A stretch of DNA of 63,926 bases, counting the filler, from Octopus bimaculoides (taxonomy: Eukaryota): the NCBI RefSeq assembly GCF_001194135.2. It is 4 parts of 3 records of this genome, joined end to end, with 100 filler letters (N's around TTAATTAATTAA, not from the genome) between each part and the next. Parts side by side here need not be neighbours in the genome. Positions count along the whole stretch, not along the records: positions 1 to 14,214 come from NC_068997.1; positions 14,315 to 41,920 come from NC_068990.1; 2 more parts are not named here. One strand, 5' to 3'. Positions 12,169-24,953 of this stretch are shown here, piece by piece. Under the pieces are notes generated by a model. It ran no database searches, was not told where the DNA came from, and saw nothing but the letters and a program-made list of their open reading frames with translations. Numbering within the stretch: position 1 is the stretch's first letter; every line of letters begins with the position of its first letter. The translations under genes were made by a program, and so were the position numbers.

Positions 12169-12894
12169 CGCACCCTGATTTGTATTAACCCTATTTCTTG
12201 CTATCTTCTAGGATGTCTTCTAAGCGTTACCCACCATTCTTGACCTTTTGGCCCAAAGGCTATATTTTGCTCGTTTTTTATATATTACGTCTTTGTCCCA
12301 CTTAAACCACATTTATTCACTTTCGTATGTCCACACTTTATTGTTTTCTTTTCTTTTCTTTGTTCTCGGTCCTATATTCTCCGCAACTCTGGCGGGTAAC
12401 TCCAACATGGGAAGTTCTCAGTCTTATCATTAATGGTGGGAAACTGAGTATTATCATTTGGTTCATAACCGATGAAGAATAAGGAACCTTCTGTGTCTAC
12501 ACGTTATGTCGTTTGTTTATTTGCCTGCCACCAAACATCAAGTAGTTGTGGGCATGAAATTACTTTACGGATGTCAATACGAATCCAACCGCTGTAAGAA
12601 AGAACACTATCTTATGGATGACGGCTAGGAACAGGCGACCAAAGTTTGTATAACTACCACACTGACCAAATTCCATTTTTTTTCTTTTCTTATTTTTCTT
12701 TTGCAACTGCTTTGTTTCTTCTCCGCAGAACAAATAGGTGCAAGGGTCGTTCTCAAAATATTCTCAATCGATCAATTGGTCGATTGATAAAACTGAAAAA
12801 TAAACGCACATAGATACATATATGAAACAGCTCTAAGACTATAAGTAAATAAATGCATATAACCCATTATTTCTGATTATTTTCTACATATTTA

Positions 12895-12897
<3 letters not shown>

Positions 12898-12951
<54 letters not shown>

Positions 12952-13167
12952 NNNNNNNNNNNNNNNNNNNNNNNNNNNNNNNNNNNNNNNNNNNNNNNNN
13001 NNNNNNNNNNNNNNNNNNNNNNNNNNNNNNNNNNNNNNNNNNNNNNNNNNNNNNNNNNNNNNNNNNNNNNNNNNNNNNNNNNNNNNNNNNNNNNNNNNNN
13101 NNNNNNNNNNNNNNNNNNNNNNNNNNNNNNNNNNNNNNNNNNNNNNNNNNNNNNNNNNNNNNNNNNN

Positions 13168-13218
<51 letters not shown>

Positions 13219-13232
13219 CATACATACATACA
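12898..13232. repeat. (GT)n, gap, (TA)n/(TACA)n
   Basis: Directly visible. Confidence 0.95.
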
Positions 13233-14153
13233 TATATTAATTGTTGTCATATACACGTGTACATATATATGCGTATATTCATATATATGTATATCTATAT
13301 ATACACACACACATACACACTATTATATTTTGGAAGACGACGTGTACTTTTTGACTTGTATCATTTTTTTGTTCAGTTTTTTAGCTTGATAATCGAAAAG
13401 TTTCCTTGCTACGTAACCACATGATTCTGACCCGAAATATTACTTAAAATCAATAGTTCTAGAAAATCTTATCCAAAGTGTTGTTTGTTTCCTCATCATA
13501 TTCGTGCATATCAACATTAGAAGCATTTATGGTAATAAAAGATAGGAAGAATCCTCTCATCTACAATATTATATCGAAGTTATTAAAACATTAAACCACT
13601 TAAAATATCTTTACAGCAATTTTATTGTCTTTATATGTATTCGATAATTTAACTGCGATAATTATGTCTTAAAATGAAGGAAAATTGCACCGAAAATTGA
13701 AAAGTGAGTTTAAGTCTCTTTTCAGTATTTGAAGAATAAGTATTTTCGAGAATCTATTTCTGAACCCAGATGTAGTAAGATCTATGTACTTTATGATCTT
13801 AGCCAGCATTAGCTGCGGCTTAAGTGCTCCAATGTTATCTATATTAAGCATTAAAAGAAACATTTAACTATGTGTTCGGATTTTTTCAGTCAAATAATAC
13901 AAGCATCATTTGAGAATATTCACTCTGTGAATAGATGTTAGCACCCATAGAGACAGTTGTGTGCTGCTTAGAAGAATTGAACTCACAGGAAAATGAACGA
14001 TATGCATGTAACCAAACATTAATTGCTCAGATATTGTAATGTACAGAAAGAGGAGTTATAATGTGAGCCAAGAAATTAATCACAATAACACCATGAAGAA
14101 TAAATCTGATCAAGGAAGATAGGTGGGGCAAACCTTGAATATTTATTAATATT

Positions 14154-14165
14154 CACACACTTACA

Positions 14166-14214
<49 letters not shown>

Positions 14215-14723
14215 NNNNNNNNNNNNNNNNNNNNNNNNNNNNNNNNNNNNNNNNNNNNTTAATTAATTAANNNNNNNNNNNNNNNNNNNNNNNNNNNNNN
14301 NNNNNNNNNNNNNNGAAAAATGGCTGTCTAGATTCAACTCCAGTAGACGATATCATATAAACGTGATCAATAAACGCTGAAAAGCTATCTCTGTTCTCAA
14401 ATGACATTTATATATATTCACACACATACATTCACACACACACTCATACACACACATAAACATATACACACACACACATATATGTATATACACATATGTA
14501 TTTACATATAAACACACATATATATATAACATACATATACATACACGCACACATATACACACACATATATACACTATACACTTACATATACATATATATA
14601 TATATATACACACACACTTACACACACTTACACACACTTACACATACACACACATACATATATATATACATACATATATATATTCGTATATATACATTAT
14701 ATATATTTATACACATATATATA

Positions 14724-14761
<38 letters not shown>

Positions 14762-14800
14762 NNNNNNNNNNATACGTATGTATATGTATTCCTATATGAT
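14154..14800. repeat. (CA)n and mixed TA/CA low-complexity tracts with gaps
   Basis: Directly visible. Confidence 0.9.
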
Positions 14801-15081
14801 GACGGCATTGATTATTGAAATGCATAGAAACAAAACTTTGAAAAGATGCGAGAGTTGATGTCAATAAATTGGAAAGGTGAGTTGGGTGGGGAAAAAAAGC
14901 AAGCTGAGTGATGTTGCAGACAAAATCCTTTGCGATTTGGCGTACTTACGCCGTATTACATTCTGTGTTCGATTCCAGTTTCGGTAAAATGATACATTTC
15001 ATCTTTCCTGTGTCAATAAATTTAAGGACCTACAAAGCGAGTAGAAAAAAACAACCTTTTACTCTTTACTTTTGTCTATTC

Positions 15082-15110
15082 GACATTTCGGGTTTAAAAC
15101 CCTTTATCAA
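15082..15110 (-). ncRNA. Decayed hammerhead-like motif
   Basis: Minus: TTGATAA A GGGTT TTA AACCC GAAAT GTC. Three transitions from CTGATGA/GAAAC; stem II is perfect; stem I is not evident. Confidence 0.45.
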
Positions 15111-15479
15111 CAAAAAATGGATATGCTGACTAGTTCTACTCATTCATGAGTCACTTGTAAATCCTGTCGATTAAAAATAATAGAATACGTATTATCGACA
15201 TTTCTGGACCATCACAGTCTCCTTTTCAAGAATCGACATAGATTCTGGCGCCTTCGTTGTTTCTTATATACTGATAGTTTCAAGCACCGGGAAAGTTGAA
15301 AGGTTATCTGCAATTTGAGTCTCAGTCATAAACCAACATGTCTTGGAATATTTACACTTACATCGCCGAAATAAATTTTCAGAATTTACCATATAAAAAT
15401 GACATTTGAAAAAATCGTGTTTCTTTTGCGGTTCAGGGTATATATCGAGAAGAGTTAAGAAATATAACGTGAAATAGAG

Positions 15480-15538
15480 GGAAAGGAGGGGAGAGAGTTA
15501 GAGGGAAGGAAAAAGAAAGAGAGAGGGAGAGAGGGAGG

Positions 15539-15580
<42 letters not shown>
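15480..15580. repeat. (GA)n/(GGGA)n tract
   Basis: Directly visible. Confidence 0.9.
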
Positions 15581-15973
15581 GAGAGATTACAGATTCGTAA
15601 GATTTGCTAATTCCTCGCCGACTTATTTCTTTTCACTGCTTGCCGATAACAAGTTGCGAATATGAAAATAAATGCGATACGATTTTCTGGATTCGATAAA
15701 TACTTCACAGAAGTTGAATAGGTGAAGAGAAGAGAAGCAAATTAGGCGACATGAAACATTGAACGAATAATGAGAGGAGAGAATTACATGAAAGGAAGAA
15801 AGGAGTATTTCAATGAATTGTCTCTTTTCGTGGTATTTCCAATCTTAAACACGGTTGTATCGATTCAAATTTCAGTAATAAATTAAACAAAATTAGATTC
15901 AGCCACAGATTTTTAACCATAACTGAGTCATTCTGTTTATCTTAGTTAATTACATATAAAAGGGAGATTCCTC

Positions 15974-16011
15974 TTTGTTTGTTTGTTTGTTTGTTTCTTT
16001 CTTTCTTTCCT

Positions 16012-16092
<81 letters not shown>

Positions 16093-16110
16093 TCTTCTCT
16101 TCTCTCTCTA
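15974..16110. repeat. (TTTG)n-(TTTC)n compound tetranucleotide repeat
   Basis: Directly visible. Confidence 0.95.
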
Positions 16111-17219
16111 TCTACCTTTATATTCTGCACGACTTGTCTCTCGCTTGTTAGCTAGAAGGAAATTTCCCCCACCACTGTCTTCTTCCTTTTCTCTACTCTC
16201 TTGTCTTCTCTTTGTTTTCACTGTCCCTCTCTCGTTTTTTCTTTGTCACTCCACCCTCTCTCTTTTCTCTCTCGTTTATCATATCCTTTCCTTCTTCTTT
16301 AACTGAAACACTAAACGACATTATTCTGATACTGTATCCATTTAGGCGAACGATGCCCTTACGCAGACTGATTAACAACTGAGAAAACGAACATGGTAAA
16401 CACCGAGATGACAAACGGTCCGATTAAAATGCTTACAAGGAACAAGGCAAACAGACACACGCATTATAGAGCCGAGAAAGGGAAAAGTAAACAACGATGT
16501 GATATACAGACGGTTGGTTAAAAAGTCGAGTAAGGAATAAGGTAAATAAAATGGTGACACGAATTTATTGAATAAACAGCCGAAAAGGGAACGTGGTAAA
16601 CATGGCGAATATTTTGCAAGGAAATAAACTGGTGTAATATGGATTTATTTCTATATGAATTTCACAAGCGTGGACGATGGACAACAATGTATGTACCAGA
16701 TAAAGAAGATATGGAGTATTTACTTACCTGTTTTATCAAGAACAGATGACCTGCGGACAATCGTTTAGCTATACCATTAGTTGTTGACACCGCATGTAGA
16801 TTATTCGGTCAGAACGGACAATGGAACGAAGCGGTCACTTTATAAATCACCAAAAGATAATAACTGTCAGAGAAAGGTAACGGAAATTATCTTCAGAGTA
16901 CTGTAATGTGGGAATATAATTAGCTGGGATGCTTACATACACGCTAGATGATATAAAGTAAGACATACGCCCATGGCCTCGGCAGTACAACTTCAGTTCA
17001 CGTCAGCGAGATATTTTCTCAGTGATAGTCAACGACTGTACAAGTTTTAGACACGCGTGCGCGCACACAAACGGTCTCTCTCTCTCTCTCTCACACACAC
17101 ACACGTACACAAACACTCACACATACCCTTCATTGTCTTCGTTGTTCTAATACACACTACTGGCCATTGTGTGTTATATCCCTCAGCTCATTTTCGTTTC
17201 AGTTATGCCATTGATTCTC

Positions 17220-17395
17220 AGTCAAGCTTCATATGACCCTAAGATTAATATGAGTTTTTGGGAGTCCATATGGGCAAAATAGTAAATTAGGAGTCTGTGG
17301 TAGTACTCTAGGGGGTCCATAAAGACATTTTGTTTTGGACATATTTTTGCAAGAAACAGCTAAGTTTCTTTCTCTAACACTTAACATAGTTCAAA
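17220..17395 (+). mobile_element. Probable hAT-type MITE fragment
   Basis: catatgacc, ggagtccatat and gggggtccat motifs resemble 48339-48400, 49200-49270 and the GGTCC motifs of 61102-61398. No intact TIR pair. Confidence 0.35.
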
Positions 17396-17823
17396 ATAGC
17401 AGCGTGTAAACTTTCTCATTTCTGCCTTTACTTGAGTAAGCAATTCGTGCAGTGACATTTGTAGTGATACGATTTTATGCAAATTATCAAGGTAATAGAT
17501 TTTTTATATGTTTGAATGCCTGGTCTGCTGAAGATAAGAAAAGTTATTTTGCTGCACTGATGAGACACATGTGAGAAACACATGCTCATAGCTGTCCTTT
17601 TGTCTTCAGAAAATCACTGTCATTTCATTAATGGCTTGTCAATTTTGCAGAGTTCTCGACGGTTGAGATGATCTTCCTTCCTCATTTGGAGTTAGCACCA
17701 TCAATTTTCAAGAAGCGTTTGAAGTACGTTCTCTTTGGAAGACGAAACTGTTTCAATTAATCGAATTGCACTTGAATGTGCATTACTACAATCCCATTCG
17801 TCTTAGGTCATTTTCATTTTGCA

Positions 17824-17855
<32 letters not shown>

Positions 17856-19236
17856 CCTACATACATGTGTATGTATGTTTGTCTTCAAATAACGTCCCCA
17901 ATTCTTCACAAATATTTTGCAGTATTTGTGCACAAATCCAAAATCATCAGGAAAAATGTACAGAGGAAAACAATCTTGAGTTGAGGGACCCTTCAGGTAA
18001 AAAAAAGGGATGATTCAAGCAAAGAGATGCGGAGAGAGTGAAAGTTTAAATAGAGTAGTAAGATCATCTCTCTTCTCTCTCTCTCTCTCGCTCACTGTCT
18101 TACATGGAATATTTCTGTTTCTCACCCACACATAAATTCTTTCTCTTAGCCACACAATGCACACACACAAGCACTCTCTTATTTACCCATCTATATAGAC
18201 AGTATATATTTGAACACTGGTTATTAAAATTCCTCTTTTAAAAACTGTATCTTCGAAAAGCTAGTATGCCGCCGCTTCAAATACCATGGAACTTAGAAAC
18301 TAATTCATTTTTTTTCTTTCACATTAAAATTTTTATGTACATGTAAAGTCAGCTATACTCTCCTCTACCTTCCCCTTATTCTCTCTGTCTCTGTCTCTCC
18401 CGCCTCTCTCTATATTATCTATCTATTTATCTGTCTATGTATCTTTCTATTTTCTTTTACTTGTTCCAAATGTCACCAACTCAAGCTTGCCTATCATCAA
18501 AGTATCGAACTAAAATATTTAATTATTGATCGTATACTTATTGAAAGTGAAAGGCAATAAAATAAAAAAAAAACAAAACAAAACAAATTTAAGCAATTGC
18601 TGACAAAAGCTAAGTTTGATCCAAACAACAATGATAAAACATTCATGGCGACCAATGCAATTACAAACGGTATGGTAGGTGTCAGTTCATAGATACCGGT
18701 CATATCAACACAAGAATCGGACGAAGAATATTTTCCAAACGCAAATATGAACTGTAAGAGCAGAAATTTGATCTACACCAAATGCCTGAATTGAGAAGAT
18801 ATATATATNNNNNNNNNNNNNNNNNNNNNNNNNNNNNNNNNNNNNNNNNNNNNNNNNNNNNNNNNNNNNNNNNNNNNNNNNNNNNNNNNNNNNNNNNNNN
18901 NNNNNNNNNNNNNNNNNNNNNNNNNNNNNNNNNNNNNNNNNNNNNNNNNNNNNNNNNNNNNNNNNNNNNNNNNNNNNNNNNNNNNNNNNNNNNNNNNNNN
19001 NNNNNNNNNNNNNNNNNNNNNNNNNNNNNNNNNNNNNNNNNNNNNNNNNNNNNNNNNNNNNNNNNNNNACATCTATCAGATCTCATTAAGTAATCATTTA
19101 GAAACATGCAGCTATAAATTGTTTTTGATATTCCTATTTTACAAACATAATGATTCAAGTGAAGTTTGAAGTAGAGTAAGAGAAAAATATTTTGAGAAGT
19201 TTAAACTCGTTCTAAATAGACATGAATAATAATAAT

Positions 19237-19831
19237 GACCAGAAAGCATTATGGAGGGGACTTAACAAGGGTGACTTAAAAAAAGAATACTGAAAGCCTA
19301 ATCATTGCTGCCCAGGACCAGGCATTGAATACCAAGTCAGTGAAAAAGAATATATACCACACGAGTGCATCGGACCTCTGCAGAATGTGTGGGAAGAGGA
19401 TTGAAAGTGTGACTCACGTTGTTAGTGCTTGTGAAAGTCTTGCGCAGAAAGAGTACAAGCGAAGACACGACAAAGAAGCCCAAAATCTCCACTGGCTACT
19501 ATGCCGTAAGTATGGATATGATGTTACGGGTGCTTGATACCAACATATACCGGAAAAAGTAATGGACAAAAAGGGGAAGGCAAAAATCCTCTGGGACTTT
19601 GATTTCCAGACAGACAAGGTGTTAGAGTATCGAAGGCCGGATATAATAGCCTTTATGAGGGACAAACAAGAGTGCTTAATAATCGACGTAGCAGTGCCAG
19701 GAGATCAGCATGTCATTATGAAAGAAAGAAAAAAGGTTAAGAAATATGGGGACCTGAGAATTGAGATTGCTAAGATGTGGCAGCTTCGAGAGTCAAACAT
19801 GAAGGTTGTCCCAATTGTCATCAGAACATTG
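19237..19831 (+). mobile_element. R4/Dong-clade RLE non-LTR retrotransposon fragment (zinc knuckle plus restriction-like endonuclease)
   Basis: TESLIIAAQDQALNT..CRMCGKRIESVTHVVSAC (CCHC)..RRHD..ILWDFDFQTDKVLEYRRPDII..LIIDVAVPGDQHVIMKERKKVKKYGDLRIEIAKMW (PD..D..K). Starts after aataataataat; one frameshift and one stop. Confidence 0.93.
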
Positions 19832-20058
19832 TTTTGCTCGTGTTTTGTGGCTATTTGTATTAGTTTTCCTTGCTTCTGAAGTACTTATTTTTGCAGTCCT
19901 ATGGTGGTTATTTTATAATGGTTTTCCAGCTGTATAAGGCCTATACCACCTTCTATACGTTGTATATATAGCCTTTCTATGTCAGATCTTGGGTGGTGCA
20001 TCCTAGATCCTGTCATTATTTTTCTTGTTTTCCTGTCTATTTTGGTTAGTTCATTATT
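19831..20058 (-). mobile_element. R4/Dong-clade fragment (post-RT region), inverted relative to its neighbour
   Basis: Minus translation NELTKIDRKTRKIMTGSRMHHPRSDIERLYIQRIEGGIGLIQLENHYKITTIGLQK*; IDRKTRK..HHP..D..RLY..R..GG.GL is typical of the clade. Confidence 0.88.
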
Positions 20059-20851
20059 TTATTGCGTATTTTCATTACGTAATCAAGTACAGTATTATGT
20101 TTCATCGTCACATGCAATGCTAGTTTTGCATTTTCTATAGTATTCAAAGTGAACTGGGTAACATGTGAACTATATAGGTAGTGATAAAATAGTATATAAT
20201 AGACAATAGAGAGTATACATATATATATACTGTATCATTAAAAACAATTATGTTTCTACCGTAACCTAATCTAGAATGAAACCTCAGTACTGCTTGCAGC
20301 ATTATGCTGCAAAATAAAATATCTTAATACCAGCTAAGCTTACTCCACATTCCAGTTAAAACTTGTGATATATCTTGTCTAAAAGAACTGTGGTTGAAAC
20401 ATTTATGTTTAAGAGTTGTCAACAATTTCGATCTTTTGATATTTATATACACAGATAGTTTATTATGTCTTATCATGTCTGATATAGTCAGGTAAGATTT
20501 ACTGTCTGCTTGCTTTTAAGCTACACGCATTTTGCACAATATCTATCGTCTGCTTCTTTGAAATCATACTGGCAGTTTATTAGAGTTGTTGCTCTCGAGA
20601 ATACAATATATGTAAATATAATTTCGAAATGTGTGTACATCTGCAGCGAAGCGGAATGATATGTGACGTGTGCGTGTGTGTGTGTGTGTGTGTGTATATA
20701 TGCATGTATATATGTATATGTAATATGTATATGCAATATATATATATATNNNNNNNNNNNNNNNNNNNNNNNNNNNNNNNNNNNNNNNNNNNNNNNNNNN
20801 NNNNNNNNNATATATGTGTATGTGTGTATCCATCACTCTATTTATGTATGG

Positions 20852-20896
<45 letters not shown>

Positions 20897-21039
20897 TAAC
20901 CGTGAGTTTAACGAAATATATTTTCTAGTAATTTGTTGGACCCACGGTTATGAATAAAAATTATACATACATATGTGCATACATGCATACATACTACATA
21001 CATATATACATACATACATACATACAAATACACATAACT

Positions 21040-21208
21040 GCCTTTGCTGTATTTAGTTGTATCACTTTACATTTTGAGTTCAAACTCTGCCGACATCAAC
21101 TTTGCCTTTCATCCTTTCGAGGTCAATAAATATAGTCCCAGTCAACTACCGGGGTCAACATAATCGACTTATATTGCTGGCCTTGTGTCAAGAAGTTGAA
21201 AGAATTAT
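21040..21208 (+). mobile_element. SINE-A lacking head
   Basis: tttgagttcaaactctgcc..ctttgcctttcatcctttcgaggtcaataaa..gctggccttgtgtcaa. Confidence 0.8.
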
Positions 21209-21416
21209 GAATGGTGCTGAACTGACTTTTCAGCAGCACTCTGTGAACTGAGGACATATCTTTTGCATCTTACTCTATTAGGTTTCAGTTACAAAGTGCT
21301 AAATGTAAATATGTGCTGTTCGGAGTCCTACTAATGAAGATGGTATGATATTCACTGTATTTCAAAGCCCTTACATTATTATGGTGAGTTCTTAATAAGT
21401 GAGTAACTCTAGTACA

Positions 21417-22460
21417 ATGGTGAAGGTGGAAAGAAGAAGAGAGACGTTATAGGACGTGGAGAATAACATAGTAACAATTTGCAAGCATGAAAATGATGTT
21501 ATCAATTTAGAATAGGGGTAAGAACACGTTTTCGACGAATCAGTAGTGCGTAATATTATTTAGAACACGAAGCTTTATGAAGAACAATGAGCTTCATCAT
21601 CGAGTTTCCAAAGAACAAGAAATAGAAACACTGCAATAATTGAAATACGATGTCGTCTGTCAATTTTCATAGAAGTTTGTAGTCAAAAGTGCATTCGCTT
21701 AAGTGAAGTCTGTCAATTTGTTTGTAGTAGCATAGAGAAAACGAACCTGAAGCGGGAATATAACGAAGCATGTTTTTGAAATTTTGGATGCTGTGACAGG
21801 TTAATAAAACGATCTAGAAGCAATTTTAGGGTTCTAGGTGAAATTTTAAATGTACACGATAATGCAACTGTCAGATATTTAGATGTATAGAAAAAATGTT
21901 GAAGAGTGAAGTTATTTTAGCGAACAAATTATAGATGTTGACTAAAAGGGATTACTTTGAAAACGAATATCTAATAAAACTTGATGAAAAAGTACTGCAA
22001 TATGAGTTCAAAGCGGCTAATGATTGTCTACAATTGTATTGAATGGAAAGCCTGCTGGTGATTTACAATTAAGACCTGTGTTGAGATATCAATCTGAAAA
22101 CCCAATTGTTACAAAAAGATTCAATATATTTATACGAATAAAGTTTATCATTCAGTTCATCTTTTATTTCTGTAAACTATAAAGCACATCATTTCAGTCA
22201 AATGTATTAAAAGAAAGAAAATAAGCAATACCTTCGAAGTTCATTTCAATTATATTTGAAAGTACAGTTTTGATCAAATGGCAGGATTTTAAAAGAATTT
22301 TTTGAAATTCCTTGCTTGTGTTTAATATAATAATCCAATGTTTTCAAGTAGGCTGACTTACAGTGTGGTAAGGTCCTGAAAGTAAAACATAAATATATGT
22401 TGTTTCATATCACTTAAAATGCTGGATCTAAGTTCAGGGAATTGGCCATCCTTAATGTTA
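21417..22460 (+). mobile_element. Heavily decayed Tigger/pogo (CENP-B-like) transposase
   Basis: Collinear motifs across stops and frameshifts: RRETL*DVENNIVTICKHEND..ESVVRNII (HTH), NFRVLGE, EQIIDVD*KGLL*KRISNKT (cf. EQIFNVDETGLFWKRMPSRT), FKAANDCL, GKPAGDLQLRPVLRYQSENP (cf. GNAAGDFKLKPMLIYHSENP). Confidence 0.82.
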
Positions 22461-22847
22461 GTTAACAGAAGACAGGAACGAGATAGAAGAGTAAGTAAAG
22501 TAGTTATGTTAAAAAAAAAAACTTTTAGAAAGTATATAAAAATACATATAAAAATGTCATCAAAAATAAATGAGTTTAATAAGGAACGTACAGCTGGAGA
22601 TGCAAAGATTAAACCAGGAGGTAGAATTGAACAACAATTGTTTTCAAATAGGGTTAAAAGGTCAAAAGACTTCAAAATATTTTCAAAAAGAACGGTATTG
22701 AAATCAAAACAACATTCACACCTACATAGCAGCATACACATTTCTAAGTACATTCAAAAGCGCACACATACATGTACACACGATACAAATATAAATACGC
22801 ATACATGTAAGTGAATACATAAGAATATATACACATATGTAACGATA

Positions 22848-22848
<1 letters not shown>

Positions 22849-22901
<53 letters not shown>
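22849..22901. repeat. (CA)n microsatellite
   Basis: Directly visible. Confidence 0.97.
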
Positions 22902-22905
<4 letters not shown>

Positions 22906-22966
22906 TAAAGAATAAGGAGAAAATGGAGAGGTAATTAATAAAATTATTTATCAATTATAAAATGTA

Positions 22967-23050
22967 ACATCTCTGACAGCTGTTTCGATTCAGGAATCTT
23001 TAGATAATTAATTTATAAAAGATTATAAAATGAATCTCTTCAGAGGTAGT
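22967..23050 (-). ncRNA. Type-I hammerhead ribozyme candidate with intact catalytic core
   Basis: Minus: CT CTGAAGA GATTCA..[extended hairpin]..TGAATC GAAA C AGCT G TC AG. Core, G10.1-C11.1 pair, GUC triplet and palindromic ACAGCTGT stem III are present; stem I has only 2 contiguous bp. Confidence 0.7.
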
Positions 23051-23354
23051 AAAGACATACCGATTAGAAATACATATTGAGATAACGGCTATAAACCGTT
23101 AACGGTGTATTCGAAACCTAAGACAATGCGAAGCACCGTGTAACCAGCGGTGTGTCACAACATCCTGTCCGATCGATACCCATTCTACACATCACTTTCT
23201 TGGATAACGGAACTGCAACAGTAATATCCTACACATATTTTTACTTTTATTTTTATTTTTATTTTTATTTCCCTTTATATTTCCTAAATCTATACTTTTC
23301 CAAAATAACTCCTTATATTGAACTCTATTTCCATCTAGTTATCTCTCTCATATC

Positions 23355-23400
23355 GTCTCTGATGAAGGGATATCCCTAATATCCCAGAAACAGCCACTAC
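23355..23400 (+). ncRNA. Hammerhead-like motif, 3' side decayed
   Basis: CTGATGA A GGGATAT CCCTA ATATCCC A GAAAC AGC; perfect core and 7-bp stem II, no recognisable cleavage triplet. Confidence 0.55.
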
Positions 23401-23469
23401 CTTTCTCTTTATAAATGTCATATAAATTCCACACAGCCTTGGCTTTGTTGTCTTATTTTATTTAACATA

Positions 23470-23544
<75 letters not shown>

Positions 23545-24095
23545 CTGTGTAAGCATATACATAAATACGTATACATATATGTTCACTCACACATACAAAT
23601 GCAGGCACGCATAAAATACATATTTATGTTGCCTAGAAGAAAATATCTCATAGGAAGTTTTATATTCTTTTCTTCTTTCCAACTACAAATCATATATTAT
23701 ATATACAATTTTCAAATAAATTCTTTGGCAAAGTATTTCTCAGTGTTTTAGCCATAGTACTAATGCCTCGTTTCACAACAAACGAACCAACAATAGGAAG
23801 TTTTTTGTTGCAAAACGATTATAAATATTAAGACATCATGATATCGTAGCGAGCTAGTAGCCAGGGGATGAATTATGGGAAATATGTTTTAGAGACAAAG
23901 CTGTTTCTTTCGTTTCTTTAGATACGAAATGGGATATTATGAATTATGCCGTCTTGTTTCTACCAATAGTAATACTTGGAATCTGATTTTATGAAGCTGT
24001 TAACACAGCTGCGTAAGATGTATACCTATAAACTTGTTGCATATGCATTCGATTTTATTGGAAAGGCTGTATTTTAGTATTTTTATTACATATGC

Positions 24096-24207
<112 letters not shown>

Positions 24208-24832
24208 ACACACACATATATAAGCGTACGCAAACGCAATTCATATAGGTGTATTTGGAATGCGGGGTAATGTCAGCTTGGTAGTAATATTCTAAATATT
24301 TCACTTTACGTGATTCTATTTTCATTATATTAATACATGTAAAGATGAGGTTATTCTAAAAAAATAAAAAAAGAATTCTGAGAAAAACAACGGATGATTT
24401 ACGCACGAGGCTACACCGTATTAAAAATTACAGTTTTAAAATATGAAACCTTTTCATGATTAATGTACTCTGTTAATATTTCTACTACTTTTGTAATAGA
24501 ACCTATACAAATTTTAACACAAGCAACTGTTAGATGCACAAGCACGTAGAAAAACGAACGTATATATACATACGTATACAATTGCATCTAAGCATGCTGG
24601 TAGCCTATTTCAGAATGATTTCATATTCATTCATATTTAAAATTGTTTAATTTTGTTTTATATGTTAGTCATCATTCATATGGAAACTTCTACCTTTATT
24701 TGTCAGAGTTTTGTTTCTGAAACACTAGACTATCTTTCACTCAATTCTTCTCTTTATAAGAGTCAGGCAAATAATTTTTCATTGTAGGTTAAATAAATTA
24801 TCAGACGAAGCATATTGTCCAATTTAAAATGA

Positions 24833-24896
24833 ACACCTACCTACCTACCTACCTACCTACCTACCTACCTACCTACCTACCTACCTACCTACCTAA

Positions 24897-24952
<56 letters not shown>
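24833..24952. repeat. (CTAC)n-(CTAT)n compound repeat
   Basis: Directly visible; abuts the LINE fragment. Confidence 0.97.

Positions 24953-24953
<1 letters not shown>

Noticed and set aside
12793-12840. CTGAAAA..GAAACAGCTCTA, possible further hammerhead relic
   Set aside because: No clear stem II or stem I; too degraded to count.
14259-14270. TTAATTAATTAA palindrome between N-runs (also 41965-41976 and 62867-62878)
   Set aside because: Identical 12-mer centred in gaps with stops in all frames; almost certainly an assembly spacer.
17558-17595. CTGATGA..GAAAC hammerhead-like spacing
   Set aside because: Stem II is only CAC/GTG with a 2-nt loop, and there is no convincing stem I or III; likely chance.
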